Made by a program: the position numbers and the translations under genes. 64,000 nt of DNA, from positions 4,624 through 68,623 of the forward strand of contig CALCRH010000259.1 in assembly GCA_937894515.1 (NCBI GenBank). Direction: 5' to 3'. This DNA comes from an uncultured Clostridia bacterium (GTDB lineage: Bacteria > Bacillota > Clostridia > Oscillospirales > Oscillospiraceae). Shown here one piece after another: positions 30,869 through 41,253 of the stretch (its first letter is position 1; each line of letters opens with the position of its first letter). The notes under the pieces are model-generated. The model searched no databases. It was not told the origin of the DNA and saw nothing but the letters and a program-made list of their open reading frames with translations.

Positions 30869-31191
30869 TTCACCTCGTCATCTATCTCAATTTTCTTTTG
30901 TTCTTCCTCTCTGATCTGCTTGCCGATTCGCAGTGCCTGTATGATGTTCCCTGCGGACAGTCCCACCGCCGTCCCGATGATCACACCGTAAAACGGGAAC
31001 GGCAAAGCATTTCGCAGCAGATATACCGCCAAAAGCGCCAAAATATCCAACAGAGTTCGCAGCATACTCCCTGCCATCACCGCGTTGGCATCATTTTTCT
31101 TCATATTCCGCCGTGTCAAAACCGTGCCGACTATCGCCACAGCAAAGCCGAATACCGCACCGATCACGCCGCCGATCAAATACTGTTCCAT
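30865..31191 (-). CDS. atpI: ATP synthase protein I-like membrane protein
   Basis: Small hydrophobic ORF (MEQYLIGG...) first in the atp operon. Confidence 0.65.
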   Translation of the reverse strand: MEQYLIGGVIGAVFGFAVAIVGTVLTRRNMKKNDANAVMAGSMLRTLLDILALLAVYLLRNALPFPFYGVIIGTAVGLSAGNIIQALRIGKQIREEEQKKIEIDDEVK

Positions 31192-31246
31192 TGTTGCTTC
31201 CCTCGCATTCCGCAAACGGTACACAATTTTTCCGTAATTGTTAATT

Positions 31247-31276
31247 ATTATATATGACACTCCCGCAGCTTGTCAA
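31247..31276 (-). promoter_or_regulatory. Sigma-A promoter of atp operon
   Basis: Minus-strand TTGACA (31276-31271), 18-bp spacer, TATAAT (31252-31247). Confidence 0.65.
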
Positions 31277-31758
31277 CCGTGTAAAGAACTCGGTTCTTTC
31301 AAATTGCGAATTTTTGTCGAAAGCAGCCGTTGATTTTTGGGAATAATAAGCTGTACTACAAAATAGTCACCCCATTTAAGGAGGTAGCCGTATGCCCTAT
31401 CAAGTGTTTCGGTTCCACGTGACGTGTCGCCGCGTCAACCAGATCGAGTTCCGCGATTTCTACCACGCCGGATCTGCATTTGTATCTCGGGGCTTTGGGG
31501 AGCAGCATCCCTGCGGTCAATGCGCAGCCGATAGACGGCGTATCTCCGTTCCGGAGGGAAGAAGGCCAAAGGCGCCGGCGGGGCGGTCAGAACGATCCCA
31601 AACGAAATACGCAGGAAGAGTGAACTGCGTTTTTGCGTATTGTGCTTCCGTGGCAGCGTCACAAGCCAATCAAAGCGGCTATTGTCTTTTTGTGGAATTT
31701 GCGGTAAAATATATGAAGCAAATTATATTTGCGTATTGGGAAAGGAGAGCGCTGATTT

Positions 31759-33191
31759 ATGAAAAAGTGGGCAAAATCTGCATTATCAATACTTTTGGTC
31801 TTTGTTATGGTGGCAAGCACCTGTGTGCTTCCCGTTATGGCTTACGAGGTAAGCGGAGACAACGCCTGTATGTTTACATAGGTGATTCCATGACCTTTGA
31901 CTTTGTCGGAAGTCACAACAATTACCTTCCCTCCACCGACATTTACCCCTGGCAGGCGGCAAGAGCCATGGGCTACTCCACCGATGATTACGGCAAGTTC
32001 CCCGGCGGCAGATCTACCGACGCATACGCAGCCATCTCCGATTATCCCGGCGATGATTATGCCCAGACTGCGATGGAAAATTATATCAATGACCCCAACG
32101 CCGCTCGCTTCAAGCAGGCAGTGATTGACGCAAAGGCCATCTCCCTCCAAGTCGGCTACTCTGAGCTTACAAGGTTTCTCGGCAGTAATCTTTCAACCTA
32201 TCTGGAAACCGGTGAGCTGAAGTACAGCTGCGATCTGTCTCAGGTCTTTTCTCCAACGGAATTGGAGAAGATCATGCCCTTCGTCGCCAAAAGCATGGAC
32301 CTCATTGACAGCCTGATTCCCGACGGTGTCCAGCTCGCCTTTTCTCTGTTCCTTTCCGGGCTTTCCGCGCTCGAAAAGGAAGCGCTGATCACCCTGATCG
32401 GCCAAAAGGCATTCGACCTGTTAAGCGGGATCCATGCAACTGCCGATACGATAAAGGATGCTTTTACCTATACCATCGTCTCTGCGATCGTCCATTTTGA
32501 TACGCTTGTCTCAAGAATCTACGAGCTGAACCCGGATGTCGATCTGTACGTGATGGGACTGATGAATCCCCTGATGCCGCTTCGCGTTGGCTTTGACCTG
32601 AACGGTATCGACTTTTCCATTTCTGCCGGTGCGCTGGTGGACGGCTTTTTCGATATACTGAACAACTATTACCGGATCTGCTCTCCGTACTCTGACCGGT
32701 ATTACTTCGTGGAGAATGTTCATCACGCTGAGGTCTATTCCGAGGCAATGGTCAAAGACGAGGATCTCACCCGAAGGATCCTCTATACGCTGTACAATGA
32801 CGAAGACCGTGGCGGATATGAAACCCGGAAAAATGCCGCAGCATATGCCAAGGCGGCGGCACAGGCCTCTGGCGTTATGCAGATGTTAAAAAACACAAAT
32901 CCGGTCGATCTCGGTAAATTGATTGCCGGTCTTGTCGAAAGCAAAGGTTCTCTTGACATCAGCGAAAAAGCCCTTGAAAAGCTCGCCGTCTATGATGAAA
33001 ACGGCAATATCACCGCCACCTATATGGAGCAGTTCTGCGCTCATGTTGCTCTGGTCGGTATACTCAAAGGCATCTATATGCATCCGACTCCGGCGGGACA
33101 TAATGCGGAAGCGCCCCTGCTCATAGCGGCTATGCAAAAAAAGCGTGTCGATCCTCTTGCGGTGATCTATCATATGATCAGCCCCCGATAA
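31759..33191 (+). pseudogene. Secreted SGNH/GDSL hydrolase with a 1-nt frameshift after the signal peptide
   Basis: AAAGGAG SD + ATG 31759 gives signal peptide MKKWAKSALSILLVFVMVASTCVLPVMA, stopping at TAG 31879-31881; catalytic blocks YIGDS and YMHPTPAGH lie in the -1 frame. Confidence 0.7.
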
Positions 33192-33210
33192 AGGCGGCAG
33201 AAAAGCGCAA

Positions 33211-33248
33211 AAAATCACGGGTCTCCTTAATGAGAACCCGTGATTTTT
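33211..33248. terminator. Terminator between convergent SGNH and CotH genes
   Basis: AAAATCACGGGT...ACCCGTGATTTT inverted repeat. Confidence 0.7.
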
Positions 33249-33292
33249 AATGGCTGAAACGTAAGCGCCGAGCCGTCCTTGCCTTCGCCTTT

Positions 33293-35599
33293 TTATGCGC
33301 CACATATATGATTTGCCAGATTCACGCAGCAAGCCAAAATGATAGAAGCGACTCGCTCGATTTGCTGACGGACACCGTTGCGTATCACAGCGGTTGCCGG
33401 GGAAATAACGACTTCACTCTTGCCAAGCGGTTCATTTCCGTCGCAATCGGCAAAATAGTTGCGGCAGGTATTGCAATACCAGCTCTCCTGCAATCCATAT
33501 CGCTGCGCCGTGGCATCACGCGCTTCGATATGGTTTAAATCGTGCTGGCATATCGGCTGATCTGCTTCTTCCTCCGCTGCCTGACAGGCTTCTCCGATAC
33601 GCACAGTCGTGTAGTTCGTCTCCCGCAGGCTGCCGGTGAGTGAGATGGCAGAGATCACGTTTTTGCGTCCCGGCTCTTCACTGAATTTTTCTCCCGGAAT
33701 GATAATTCCAGACGCCAATTCGTCCGAAGCGAATGTTCCGTAGAAAATACCGTTTATGTAAAGGCTTGTCTCGCTGCCGGAGGGAACGAAAACTTTTAAT
33801 ACCGCATCTGTATCCGCGCTCATTTGATACTGTGCGCCATGTTTTTCGCGGTCTGCTGCGGCATTTTCCATCTGAAAACGAATCTGGCTGCTTCTTTTAT
33901 AGGGATTTGATGAAAGGAAATTGTAGAGCCAGAATGTCGTGCTGTTCTCTGAATAAAAGACGGAATCAAACCACCGAAACCGGCTGGTCAAAAATTCTTT
34001 CAGAATGACCACGTCACCGGCGTTACCGGTAAAGGAACGCCGCACATAGTTTTCTCCGGTCCAAAGCATCTCGTTTGCCACCGCGGACTCATACAATTCG
34101 TCACAATAGGTGTCAATGATCCCGCCATCCGCGATGAGCTCGCTCAAATAGGGGCGGATCTCCCAATACTTTTCCTGGGCCTTGATCTGGAAATAGGGAT
34201 CATCCACAAATTCTTTCCAAAAATCCTGCCCGGTGTACCAGCCGACGACCGTGCCGGTAACGCTCCATAGCTTCGCCCCGAAAAACGAGCGATAGGAACC
34301 GCCGCCGATGTCAAAATCCCACGCCGGACCGAATACCAGTTTTTCCCCTACCGGTTTATAGCAAAAACGGCTTCTCGATGCGGCATCTTCATTCCCCAGC
34401 AGCTCCATCGTTAACCAGTATGCCACCATGGAATCTATATCCGCCAGCTCCGAATAATGTACCCCGTCTGCATTATACCCGTCAGCAGCAGCCAGCGCAT
34501 CTTCAAGGCTCTGTAAATATGATTGCGCATATTCCAGCATTTCCGGATTTGTATACAGGAATTCCGGCTTGGAGACCGCCGTCTTAATTCCTCTGTTTGT
34601 TATAAAATGCGTCACATCTTCATCATAATCAGAGCCCATTTCGAACAGGTAGCCGCCGCTGATGTCAAAAGGCCGGTCATAAACCTCTGAAATCACATAA
34701 GTCTTTCCGTGATAGACGACTTCGTTGTCGGTCACCCACGAAAGATCGTCCTCCATCTGCTTTTCCAGAGCCGAAGCATCACTTTTTGAGAAATCCTCCG
34801 GATAGGTCTCGCAGATCGCCTCTGCTACATCATCGGCAACGGACTCCCAATCGGTAATATCCACAAGCTGTTTACCGATACGGATATGTTCACAGAGCTG
34901 ATAGTTTCCCACATATTCTCCGTTGAATACCACATCTACCCATGTCGTATCCACAGCGATCAGCCCCAACTGTGCGGAAAGGCGATATCCCAACGAATTC
35001 CGCATCAGGCTGGGATCCAGATAGTTCGCCAAAAGAACATAGTGCTTGCTTTTTCCGAAGCCGAACAAGTTGCTCTTTTTATCCAGCTTCAGCTTATATG
35101 GCTTTTTATCATAATCCCAGGTTTTCGATCCCCGCCCTTTGATTTGGATCTTGCCGTCATACTGTGCGTCTACTGCACCGTTCCCCTGAATGAACATCTC
35201 GCCGCCGATATACTCTGCACGGCTCGCAACGGCCTGCTCGTCCTCTGTCCGGATATATACAACAGGCAGGGGGCTGAAATAAATTCGGTCACTCCCGAGC
35301 CTTTCCCCGCTGTCACCGTCAAAAACAGCGACCTCGATCCACGCTTCATAGTCCGTAGCGGTGGGAGTATAGAGAGATGCCGTTACCCCCGTGTCCTCAT
35401 TTGCGACATACCAGCGGTAAACGATCCGCTCTTCCTCGATACCGCTCAGCTCCGCTTTCAGCGGCACACCGGCAGCCGGAGACTCCGCGTTGATTTGTAC
35501 GCTGATCTCATCTGCAAAGCACACTTTCGCCAAGCCGATCAAAAGGATGGAGACAAGTACCGCATATAAAAGCCACTTTTTCGTTGTTGCATGATTCAT
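33293..35599 (-). CDS. Secreted CotH-family kinase
   Basis: Signal peptide; IKGRGSKTW..KKPYKLKL, LLANYLDPSLMRN, VFNGEYVGNY, GPAWDFD; C-terminal CxH...WYCxxC module. Confidence 0.88.
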   Translation of the reverse strand: MNHATTKKWLLYAVLVSILLIGLAKVCFADEISVQINAESPAAGVPLKAELSGIEEERIVYRWYVANEDTGVTASLYTPTATDYEAWIEVAVFDGDSGERLGSDRIYFSPLPVVYIRTEDEQAVASRAEYIGGEMFIQGNGAVDAQYDGKIQIKGRGSKTWDYDKKPYKLKLDKKSNLFGFGKSKHYVLLANYLDPSLMRNSLGYRLSAQLGLIAVDTTWVDVVFNGEYVGNYQLCEHIRIGKQLVDITDWESVADDVAEAICETYPEDFSKSDASALEKQMEDDLSWVTDNEVVYHGKTYVISEVYDRPFDISGGYLFEMGSDYDEDVTHFITNRGIKTAVSKPEFLYTNPEMLEYAQSYLQSLEDALAAADGYNADGVHYSELADIDSMVAYWLTMELLGNEDAASRSRFCYKPVGEKLVFGPAWDFDIGGGSYRSFFGAKLWSVTGTVVGWYTGQDFWKEFVDDPYFQIKAQEKYWEIRPYLSELIADGGIIDTYCDELYESAVANEMLWTGENYVRRSFTGNAGDVVILKEFLTSRFRWFDSVFYSENSTTFWLYNFLSSNPYKRSSQIRFQMENAAADREKHGAQYQMSADTDAVLKVFVPSGSETSLYINGIFYGTFASDELASGIIIPGEKFSEEPGRKNVISAISLTGSLRETNYTTVRIGEACQAAEEEADQPICQHDLNHIEARDATAQRYGLQESWYCNTCRNYFADCDGNEPLGKSEVVISPATAVIRNGVRQQIERVASIILACCVNLANHICGA

Positions 35600-35671
35600 C
35601 TGTGTCCTCTTTCAAAATGTTGATAAAATGCTGCTTACCTTGATTGCACTTTTATAGGAGAGTGCGGCGGC

Positions 35672-36883
35672 TTAAAATCGGAGGATGATATCTTTTTTAT
35701 AGAAATACCAGGCAATGGCAGAGAGAAACGCCATACCGCCCAGAGTGAAAAGCAGGGCGATAGACAGCGGCGTATCCGCTGGCGGATGCCACATTTTCTG
35801 GATCACACGCAGGACAAGGCCGATCAAAAACAGCGGCATGGGATTGCGTCCCCACCAGACCAGATATTTCACTTTCGGATCCCATGCATTGAGCAGATTG
35901 ATCAGCCCAAACAGCACCGCTGCCGCAAAAAGGGCAAACAGCACATAGTTCACCGTAACGGCGCTGGTATTCATGGGGAGGAAAACGCAGGTAACAGCCG
36001 CCAGAACGCCCAATACCAGCAGGGCGAAGTAATAAGACTTGTGATTTGTCTCCCGCTGGTAGAACTCCATCAGGATCGTTCCGCCAAACATCAGCAAAAA
36101 CCAGCCCACCGTGCCCAGCAGGCCGCCCAGAACCACGACGTCAAACATCTCGATCACGCCGGGCAGCATTTGCAGCAGCGTATAGCAAATGCCGACTGCA
36201 AACCAGGAAACGATCCGTCCCTTCAGGTTCAGGCGGATGAACGGCAGCACCAGCAGTCCGGTCATGCCAATCTCATGCAGAATACTCCAATGCTTATAGA
36301 GATTTTCATTGTTGTGCTGAATGAAGATCAGAATATCATCCCGTATGCCCAGCACGATCCCGATCAGCCCCATCAGCACAAGCGCGGCGACCATCGCCGT
36401 TTTGACGCCGCCTTTTGTTTTGCCCGAAACGCGCTTTATCGGTTTCACCACCGCATAGACGACGAAAAGCACGGCGACGAGGAACATCAGCAGTGTTTGG
36501 ATGAAATACGGGTCTTTCCCGTTTCCCACAAGCAGATATTCCGCCGAGACGATGATGCTGCCCACGCCCATAAAGCAGAGATAGCGCATCAGGAAATGCA
36601 GATAGGCGCGTTTGCCGCTTTTTTGGCTGCGCCGCAGGAAAGAGCCGCGGTAGGAAAGACTGATCAGGAAAAGGAAAATCGGATCGGCCAGATCTGCCAG
36701 CGACATTCCCTTAAAAAGCATGATGCGCCCCGTAGTGCTGTTGTTGGCAATGCGGGCAAAAATTCCCAAACAGGGAAAATCTGCCGCGGCAATAAAAAAC
36801 ATCATGCAAAAGACGATCAGCCCGCGGAATCGGTCAATGCTCACGACTCGTGAGGTGGATGGTATAGTCATTTGTTCTGTCAT
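35672..36883 (-). CDS. HGSNAT-like (DUF1624/DUF5009-type) membrane acyltransferase, paralog 2
   Basis: RVVSIDRFRG...SLADLADPIFLF, about 11 TM segments; start ATG 36883 overlaps upstream TGA. Confidence 0.7.
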   Translation of the reverse strand: MTEQMTIPSTSRVVSIDRFRGLIVFCMMFFIAAADFPCLGIFARIANNSTTGRIMLFKGMSLADLADPIFLFLISLSYRGSFLRRSQKSGKRAYLHFLMRYLCFMGVGSIIVSAEYLLVGNGKDPYFIQTLLMFLVAVLFVVYAVVKPIKRVSGKTKGGVKTAMVAALVLMGLIGIVLGIRDDILIFIQHNNENLYKHWSILHEIGMTGLLVLPFIRLNLKGRIVSWFAVGICYTLLQMLPGVIEMFDVVVLGGLLGTVGWFLLMFGGTILMEFYQRETNHKSYYFALLVLGVLAAVTCVFLPMNTSAVTVNYVLFALFAAAVLFGLINLLNAWDPKVKYLVWWGRNPMPLFLIGLVLRVIQKMWHPPADTPLSIALLFTLGGMAFLSAIAWYFYKKDIILRF

Positions 36884-37587
36884 GCGAACACCTCTTTCGT
36901 GCACGGGACGTCCGCAAGAATACGGCCGTCCTTCATGTGGATCATACGGCTGGCGTAAGCCGCAGACTGCTCCGAATGGGTCACCATGATGATGGATATG
37001 CCGAGCTCCTCGTTGATCCGTTTGAAGTTTTTCATCACTTCCTCGCCGGAACGGCTGTCCAGATTGCCGGTCGGCTCATCCGCCAGAATCAGCTTAGGCT
37101 CCGAGATCACGGCGCGGGCGATGGAAACGCGCTGCTGCTGTCCGCCGGAGAGCTTCGACGGGATCTCCCGCCGTTTTTCCGCGATCCCCATCATCTCCAG
37201 CAGATCGTTCAAACGATCCTGATACTGGGCAACAGGCTTGCCGGCCATAACGATCGGCAGCAGGATATTCTCTTCCACGTTCAGATTCTGTACCAGATTG
37301 TAGAACTGGAACACGAAGCCGATCTCCCGGCAGCGAACCTTGCTCTGCTCCCTGTCGTTCAGCTTTGCCAGATCGTGTCCGCAAGTCAGAATACGGCCGG
37401 AAGTCGGGCGTTCCAGCCCACCCAGCAAATACAGCAAGGTACTCTTTCCGCAGCCGGACGGACCCATGACAGCTACGAATTCCCCGCGGGATACCTGAAA
37501 GCTCACATTTTCCAATACGCTGTTCCGAGCCTCGCCGATCCCGAATTCTTTGCAGACATTTTCTGCCGATATAACCACATCAGTCAT
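36880..37587 (-). CDS. ABC exporter ATP-binding protein (LolD/MacB type)
   Basis: [36 protein letters not shown]. Confidence 0.95.
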   Translation of the reverse strand: MTDVVISAENVCKEFGIGEARNSVLENVSFQVSRGEFVAVMGPSGCGKSTLLYLLGGLERPTSGRILTCGHDLAKLNDREQSKVRCREIGFVFQFYNLVQNLNVEENILLPIVMAGKPVAQYQDRLNDLLEMMGIAEKRREIPSKLSGGQQQRVSIARAVISEPKLILADEPTGNLDSRSGEEVMKNFKRINEELGISIIMVTHSEQSAAYASRMIHMKDGRILADVPCTKEVFA

Positions 37588-40003
37588 ATTTGATTTCCTC
37601 GATTACATTCATTTTGGAGACCATTCTCCGGGGAATCAGCGCCGAGACGCACAAAATGGCGAATGCGCCCAGAAGGATCAACAGGATCTTCAGAACATCA
37701 AATCGGATATCCACATAGGCAATCAGCCCGAAAATGATGTCCCGCACAATGCGGATCAGCCACAGGCTCAACAGCGTGCCGCATACCGTACCGGTCAAAA
37801 ACACCAATGCCAATTCCTCAAATACCATTCGGCTGAGCTGCCGGCGATTCATGGCAACCGAATAAAGCACTGCATATTCCCGCCGTTTTCTGTTGTAGGA
37901 GATGATCTGATTGTTCACCAGACCCAACACGGCAAGAACTGCCGCCAAAACAGGCACCACGGAAAAAACGGACAGCGCGTCCTGTGTGTTCTCCAGTTCC
38001 CGCGCGATATAGGTTTCTTTGGAATGGACGTCCGCATTCTCGCCGGTTTGTCCGAAAACAGCAGTCGGCAGCGCCGAAAGGACTTCGTCTATGTCTGCAT
38101 CGCCGGAAAGATATACGCCAAGGAGAGCTGGGCAGCGCTCCACGTGGGCTTCATAGTCGTTTTGCGCCAAAAGGATCGAGCTGCGCTTGGAGTTAAACAC
38201 GCCGGAGTCGCAAAAGCCGTCAATTACTTCGTAAAAGCTGCTGCCGTCATCCGGATCGGTAAACTGCACGCGATCTCCAATATGGATACCGTGCTGTGCG
38301 GCAAGCAATTCATCCATGATGGCATGGCCGTCCGTCAACTCCGCCTCTGTACCGGAGAGGATCGTGATGCCGTTGGAATAACCGCCGCACTCCACAAAGC
38401 AGACCCGTGCGGTCGTTCCGTTCAATTCCGCTTCCTCATAATTCCAGTACTCCGTGGTCGTATGATCCACGCCCTCCAGATCTGCGACAAAATCATACTC
38501 CTCGCCGGTAAGCTCCAGACCCTTCACAAAAATGTCGTAGGGGTAGTTGTTCTGATAGGCGTCAAAATAGCCGCTGACGGACGAGGTACACAGCAGGATC
38601 ACCAACGCCAGAGCGATGACCATGGTAGAGAGGATCACGCTGGAAATGTTGATCCGGCTGGCTGCCAGATTCCGAAAGGCGAGGTAGAGCGGACCGTGAC
38701 CACAGGCCATGGAGAGTTTTGCAAAAAGGCGCGAAATATATTTCAGCAAAAGCGGGATCATCAGCGCGCTGCCCACGATAACGAGTGCCAGCGCTCCCAC
38801 GTTCCGGTAAAAACCATAGGTGCGATTCGTCAGGTGCAAAACCGCCCCAAGCAGCAGCAGCGCACCGCCGATCATGCCGGTATAGCCGGAGATCTCTGCC
38901 GCAACGGCAGAGGTGCGGAAAATGCTCTCCCGAATGGAGTGCTTTCCGGCGCGAAGCACGGTGATAAACGTGATACTCGTTTGCAGAAGTACCGCAAAGC
39001 CGATACTCAAAGCGATATAGCGCAGATCCAGAACGTGCTCTGCACCGCCGGCATTGTAGTACAGCAGCGCCAGCAGGTAGCGCAGCAGCTCACCCACCAG
39101 GATCCCCAGCGTCCCGCCCATCAGACCGTAAATAGCGTTTTCCGCCAATAGCAGCAGGTTCATCTTCCGGTTGCTGGCACCGATGCTGCGGAATGTCCCG
39201 ATAACCGGCAGCCGCCCGTCCAGCATCAAAGTCGTCACAGAGGCGATCACATAGTAGCTCATGATCATCGCCAATGCCAGCATCATATAAAGGATCTGCC
39301 GGATGGACTTCACCTGTGCGTCCGCGTCCAAAGAGCCGTTCAGAGCCTGTACGTCCCAAGAGGGGTGAGCCTCCTGCATGGCGGCAGCGCGTTCCGATAC
39401 ATCGCCCTCTACATCCAGAAAAACGCTGTCTGCTTCAACTGCTGTGCCAAGCGGGCAAAGGAGCTCTATGCACTCACGGTTCTCATTGACAAACATACCG
39501 ATGGAATCGTAAATGGCCGAAATTCGATACGTCCGCTCACCGTCCGCCGTGGAAACAGTGATCTTGTCACCGAGGCGCAGGTGGTAATAAGCCGCCTTTT
39601 TCGCCGTGATGCCGACCTCCGCCATGCCCTGCGGCGCATCACCCTCCGATACGGCGACGATGCCGCGCTGTGCGGCAAACTTCCAGTCGGACGCCATGCA
39701 CGCGGCAGCAGAGTGCTTCAATTCCTCGCAGACGCCGCTGTCATAGCAGACGGCAAGCTTGTCCCCATCGGCAAAGGTACTGTCCTCAAGAGACAGCGTT
39801 TCGCCCTCCTCCGCGGCAACGCAGATATCGTAACCGCCAAAAAAGCCGGAAAACATCTGCCGCGAAATAGACAGCATATCGCGATTGATATTCAAATTCA
39901 GATAGATCACCGCGGTGGACAAAACCAGCGAAATAACGATCAGCAGGCCTGAAAAATAGTTCTTCCGAATATTCCGCAGGATATGCTTGAGAATAATGGA
40001 CAT
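37580..40003 (-). CDS. FtsX/MacB-like ABC permease (duplicated)
   Basis: Two repeats of TM + extracellular domain + IGTFRSIGA / YAVLYSVAM motifs. Confidence 0.9.
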   Translation of the reverse strand: MSIILKHILRNIRKNYFSGLLIVISLVLSTAVIYLNLNINRDMLSISRQMFSGFFGGYDICVAAEEGETLSLEDSTFADGDKLAVCYDSGVCEELKHSAAACMASDWKFAAQRGIVAVSEGDAPQGMAEVGITAKKAAYYHLRLGDKITVSTADGERTYRISAIYDSIGMFVNENRECIELLCPLGTAVEADSVFLDVEGDVSERAAAMQEAHPSWDVQALNGSLDADAQVKSIRQILYMMLALAMIMSYYVIASVTTLMLDGRLPVIGTFRSIGASNRKMNLLLLAENAIYGLMGGTLGILVGELLRYLLALLYYNAGGAEHVLDLRYIALSIGFAVLLQTSITFITVLRAGKHSIRESIFRTSAVAAEISGYTGMIGGALLLLGAVLHLTNRTYGFYRNVGALALVIVGSALMIPLLLKYISRLFAKLSMACGHGPLYLAFRNLAASRINISSVILSTMVIALALVILLCTSSVSGYFDAYQNNYPYDIFVKGLELTGEEYDFVADLEGVDHTTTEYWNYEEAELNGTTARVCFVECGGYSNGITILSGTEAELTDGHAIMDELLAAQHGIHIGDRVQFTDPDDGSSFYEVIDGFCDSGVFNSKRSSILLAQNDYEAHVERCPALLGVYLSGDADIDEVLSALPTAVFGQTGENADVHSKETYIARELENTQDALSVFSVVPVLAAVLAVLGLVNNQIISYNRKRREYAVLYSVAMNRRQLSRMVFEELALVFLTGTVCGTLLSLWLIRIVRDIIFGLIAYVDIRFDVLKILLILLGAFAILCVSALIPRRMVSKMNVIEEIKYD

Positions 40004-40009
40004 AAATGC

Positions 40010-41242
40010 TTAAACCCTTACCATTCGTTTGTTCTTGTAAAGCAGCCAGGCGATCCACGAGATAATAGCGGTAGCGACCAGCACATAGAGCAGCGCCGGG
40101 ACAAAGGAGATCTCCCGGATCCCGCCGATGACGGACAGGATAACATCGTGGAAGATATATTGCAGCAGATACATAATGATCGGGCTGCTGCCCCACCAGA
40201 GGAGGAAATGGGACTTCGGCTGCCATTGGTCGGTCAGACTGCACAGCCAGAAGATAAGGGCGCTGATCGGCAGATTGACCAATACATAGCCGGGGCTGAC
40301 GCTGCCCTTATTGATAACGAAGTTCGCAAAACCGAAAACGCCCAAAAGGATTGTAACAGCAAGACCGATCAGATAGCTGTTGGCGGCAAGGCCGCGTTTT
40401 CCCTGCTGCTTTTGTGCCCGATCACGGTAATAGAGATCTGCCATGACGGTAAAAGCCATCATCATACTGCCCCAGGCTAAAATGCCGATCACGCCGCCTT
40501 GTATTTCTTCGTCTATCTTCTCCATAAACCCACCGGGGAGCTGATGAATAAAGGTGAATAGCCCAAAGGTGACCGCCGATGCAAATGCCCGGACGGTCGT
40601 ACCGGCCTCGGCGAACAGAAGCATCAGTAATCCCGCGCCGCCAATAGACTGTAATACGCCCCAATAGTTGCTGTTTGTTCCCAGCCAGAATAGGTTGCGG
40701 AGATTCCAGATGGACACAAGGAGATTGGTCAGACCCAGTATCGCCAGGATGTAACGCAGAGCTACCTTGCTTACCGCGCTTACGGATTTTGAACCGATCC
40801 GCAGCTTGGGCAGAAGCGTACCGATAGCGGTGAGCAGAGCCACAATGGTGCCGGCCAGACAGATCATCGGCAGCGCATCTCTTGCCCCGTCAAAGACGAT
40901 CTCGATGGTACGAATGCAGCAGCCAAAGCCCAGAATGGCTAAATAGCGAAGCACGAAATGGGCATAGGCGGCACGGCGTCCATCCTTTTCCATGCGGCTG
41001 CGAAACGAGGGGATATAGTTCATGGCGATCACAAAGAAGAACGCCGGTGCGCCGATATCCGCCAGAGCAAGACCCGGCATCAGGATAATACCGTGTTCCA
41101 GATCGTGATCTGCGATACGGCTCAAGAACGCCAGACTGTCGAATCGTTCCATCAACTGGAAAAAAATCATACTGAAAACCGCCAAACCGCGCATACGGTC
41201 AATGCAGGCGATCCGTTCCCGTTTTTCTAATGGAGTTGTCAT
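40010..41242 (-). CDS. HGSNAT-like membrane acyltransferase, paralog 1
   Basis: RIACIDRMRG...DH...LADIGAPAFFF, WGVLQSIG, INKGSVSPGY; GAGGTG SD before ATG 41242. Confidence 0.72.
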   Translation of the reverse strand: MTTPLEKRERIACIDRMRGLAVFSMIFFQLMERFDSLAFLSRIADHDLEHGIILMPGLALADIGAPAFFFVIAMNYIPSFRSRMEKDGRRAAYAHFVLRYLAILGFGCCIRTIEIVFDGARDALPMICLAGTIVALLTAIGTLLPKLRIGSKSVSAVSKVALRYILAILGLTNLLVSIWNLRNLFWLGTNSNYWGVLQSIGGAGLLMLLFAEAGTTVRAFASAVTFGLFTFIHQLPGGFMEKIDEEIQGGVIGILAWGSMMMAFTVMADLYYRDRAQKQQGKRGLAANSYLIGLAVTILLGVFGFANFVINKGSVSPGYVLVNLPISALIFWLCSLTDQWQPKSHFLLWWGSSPIIMYLLQYIFHDVILSVIGGIREISFVPALLYVLVATAIISWIAWLLYKNKRMVRV

Positions 41243-41253
41243 TTTTATACACC

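Noticed and set aside
31392..33191. 599-aa ORF taken as the native protein
   Set aside because: The first ~155 aa look non-protein-like, and a proper SD plus signal peptide exists in another frame; treated as a frameshifted gene.
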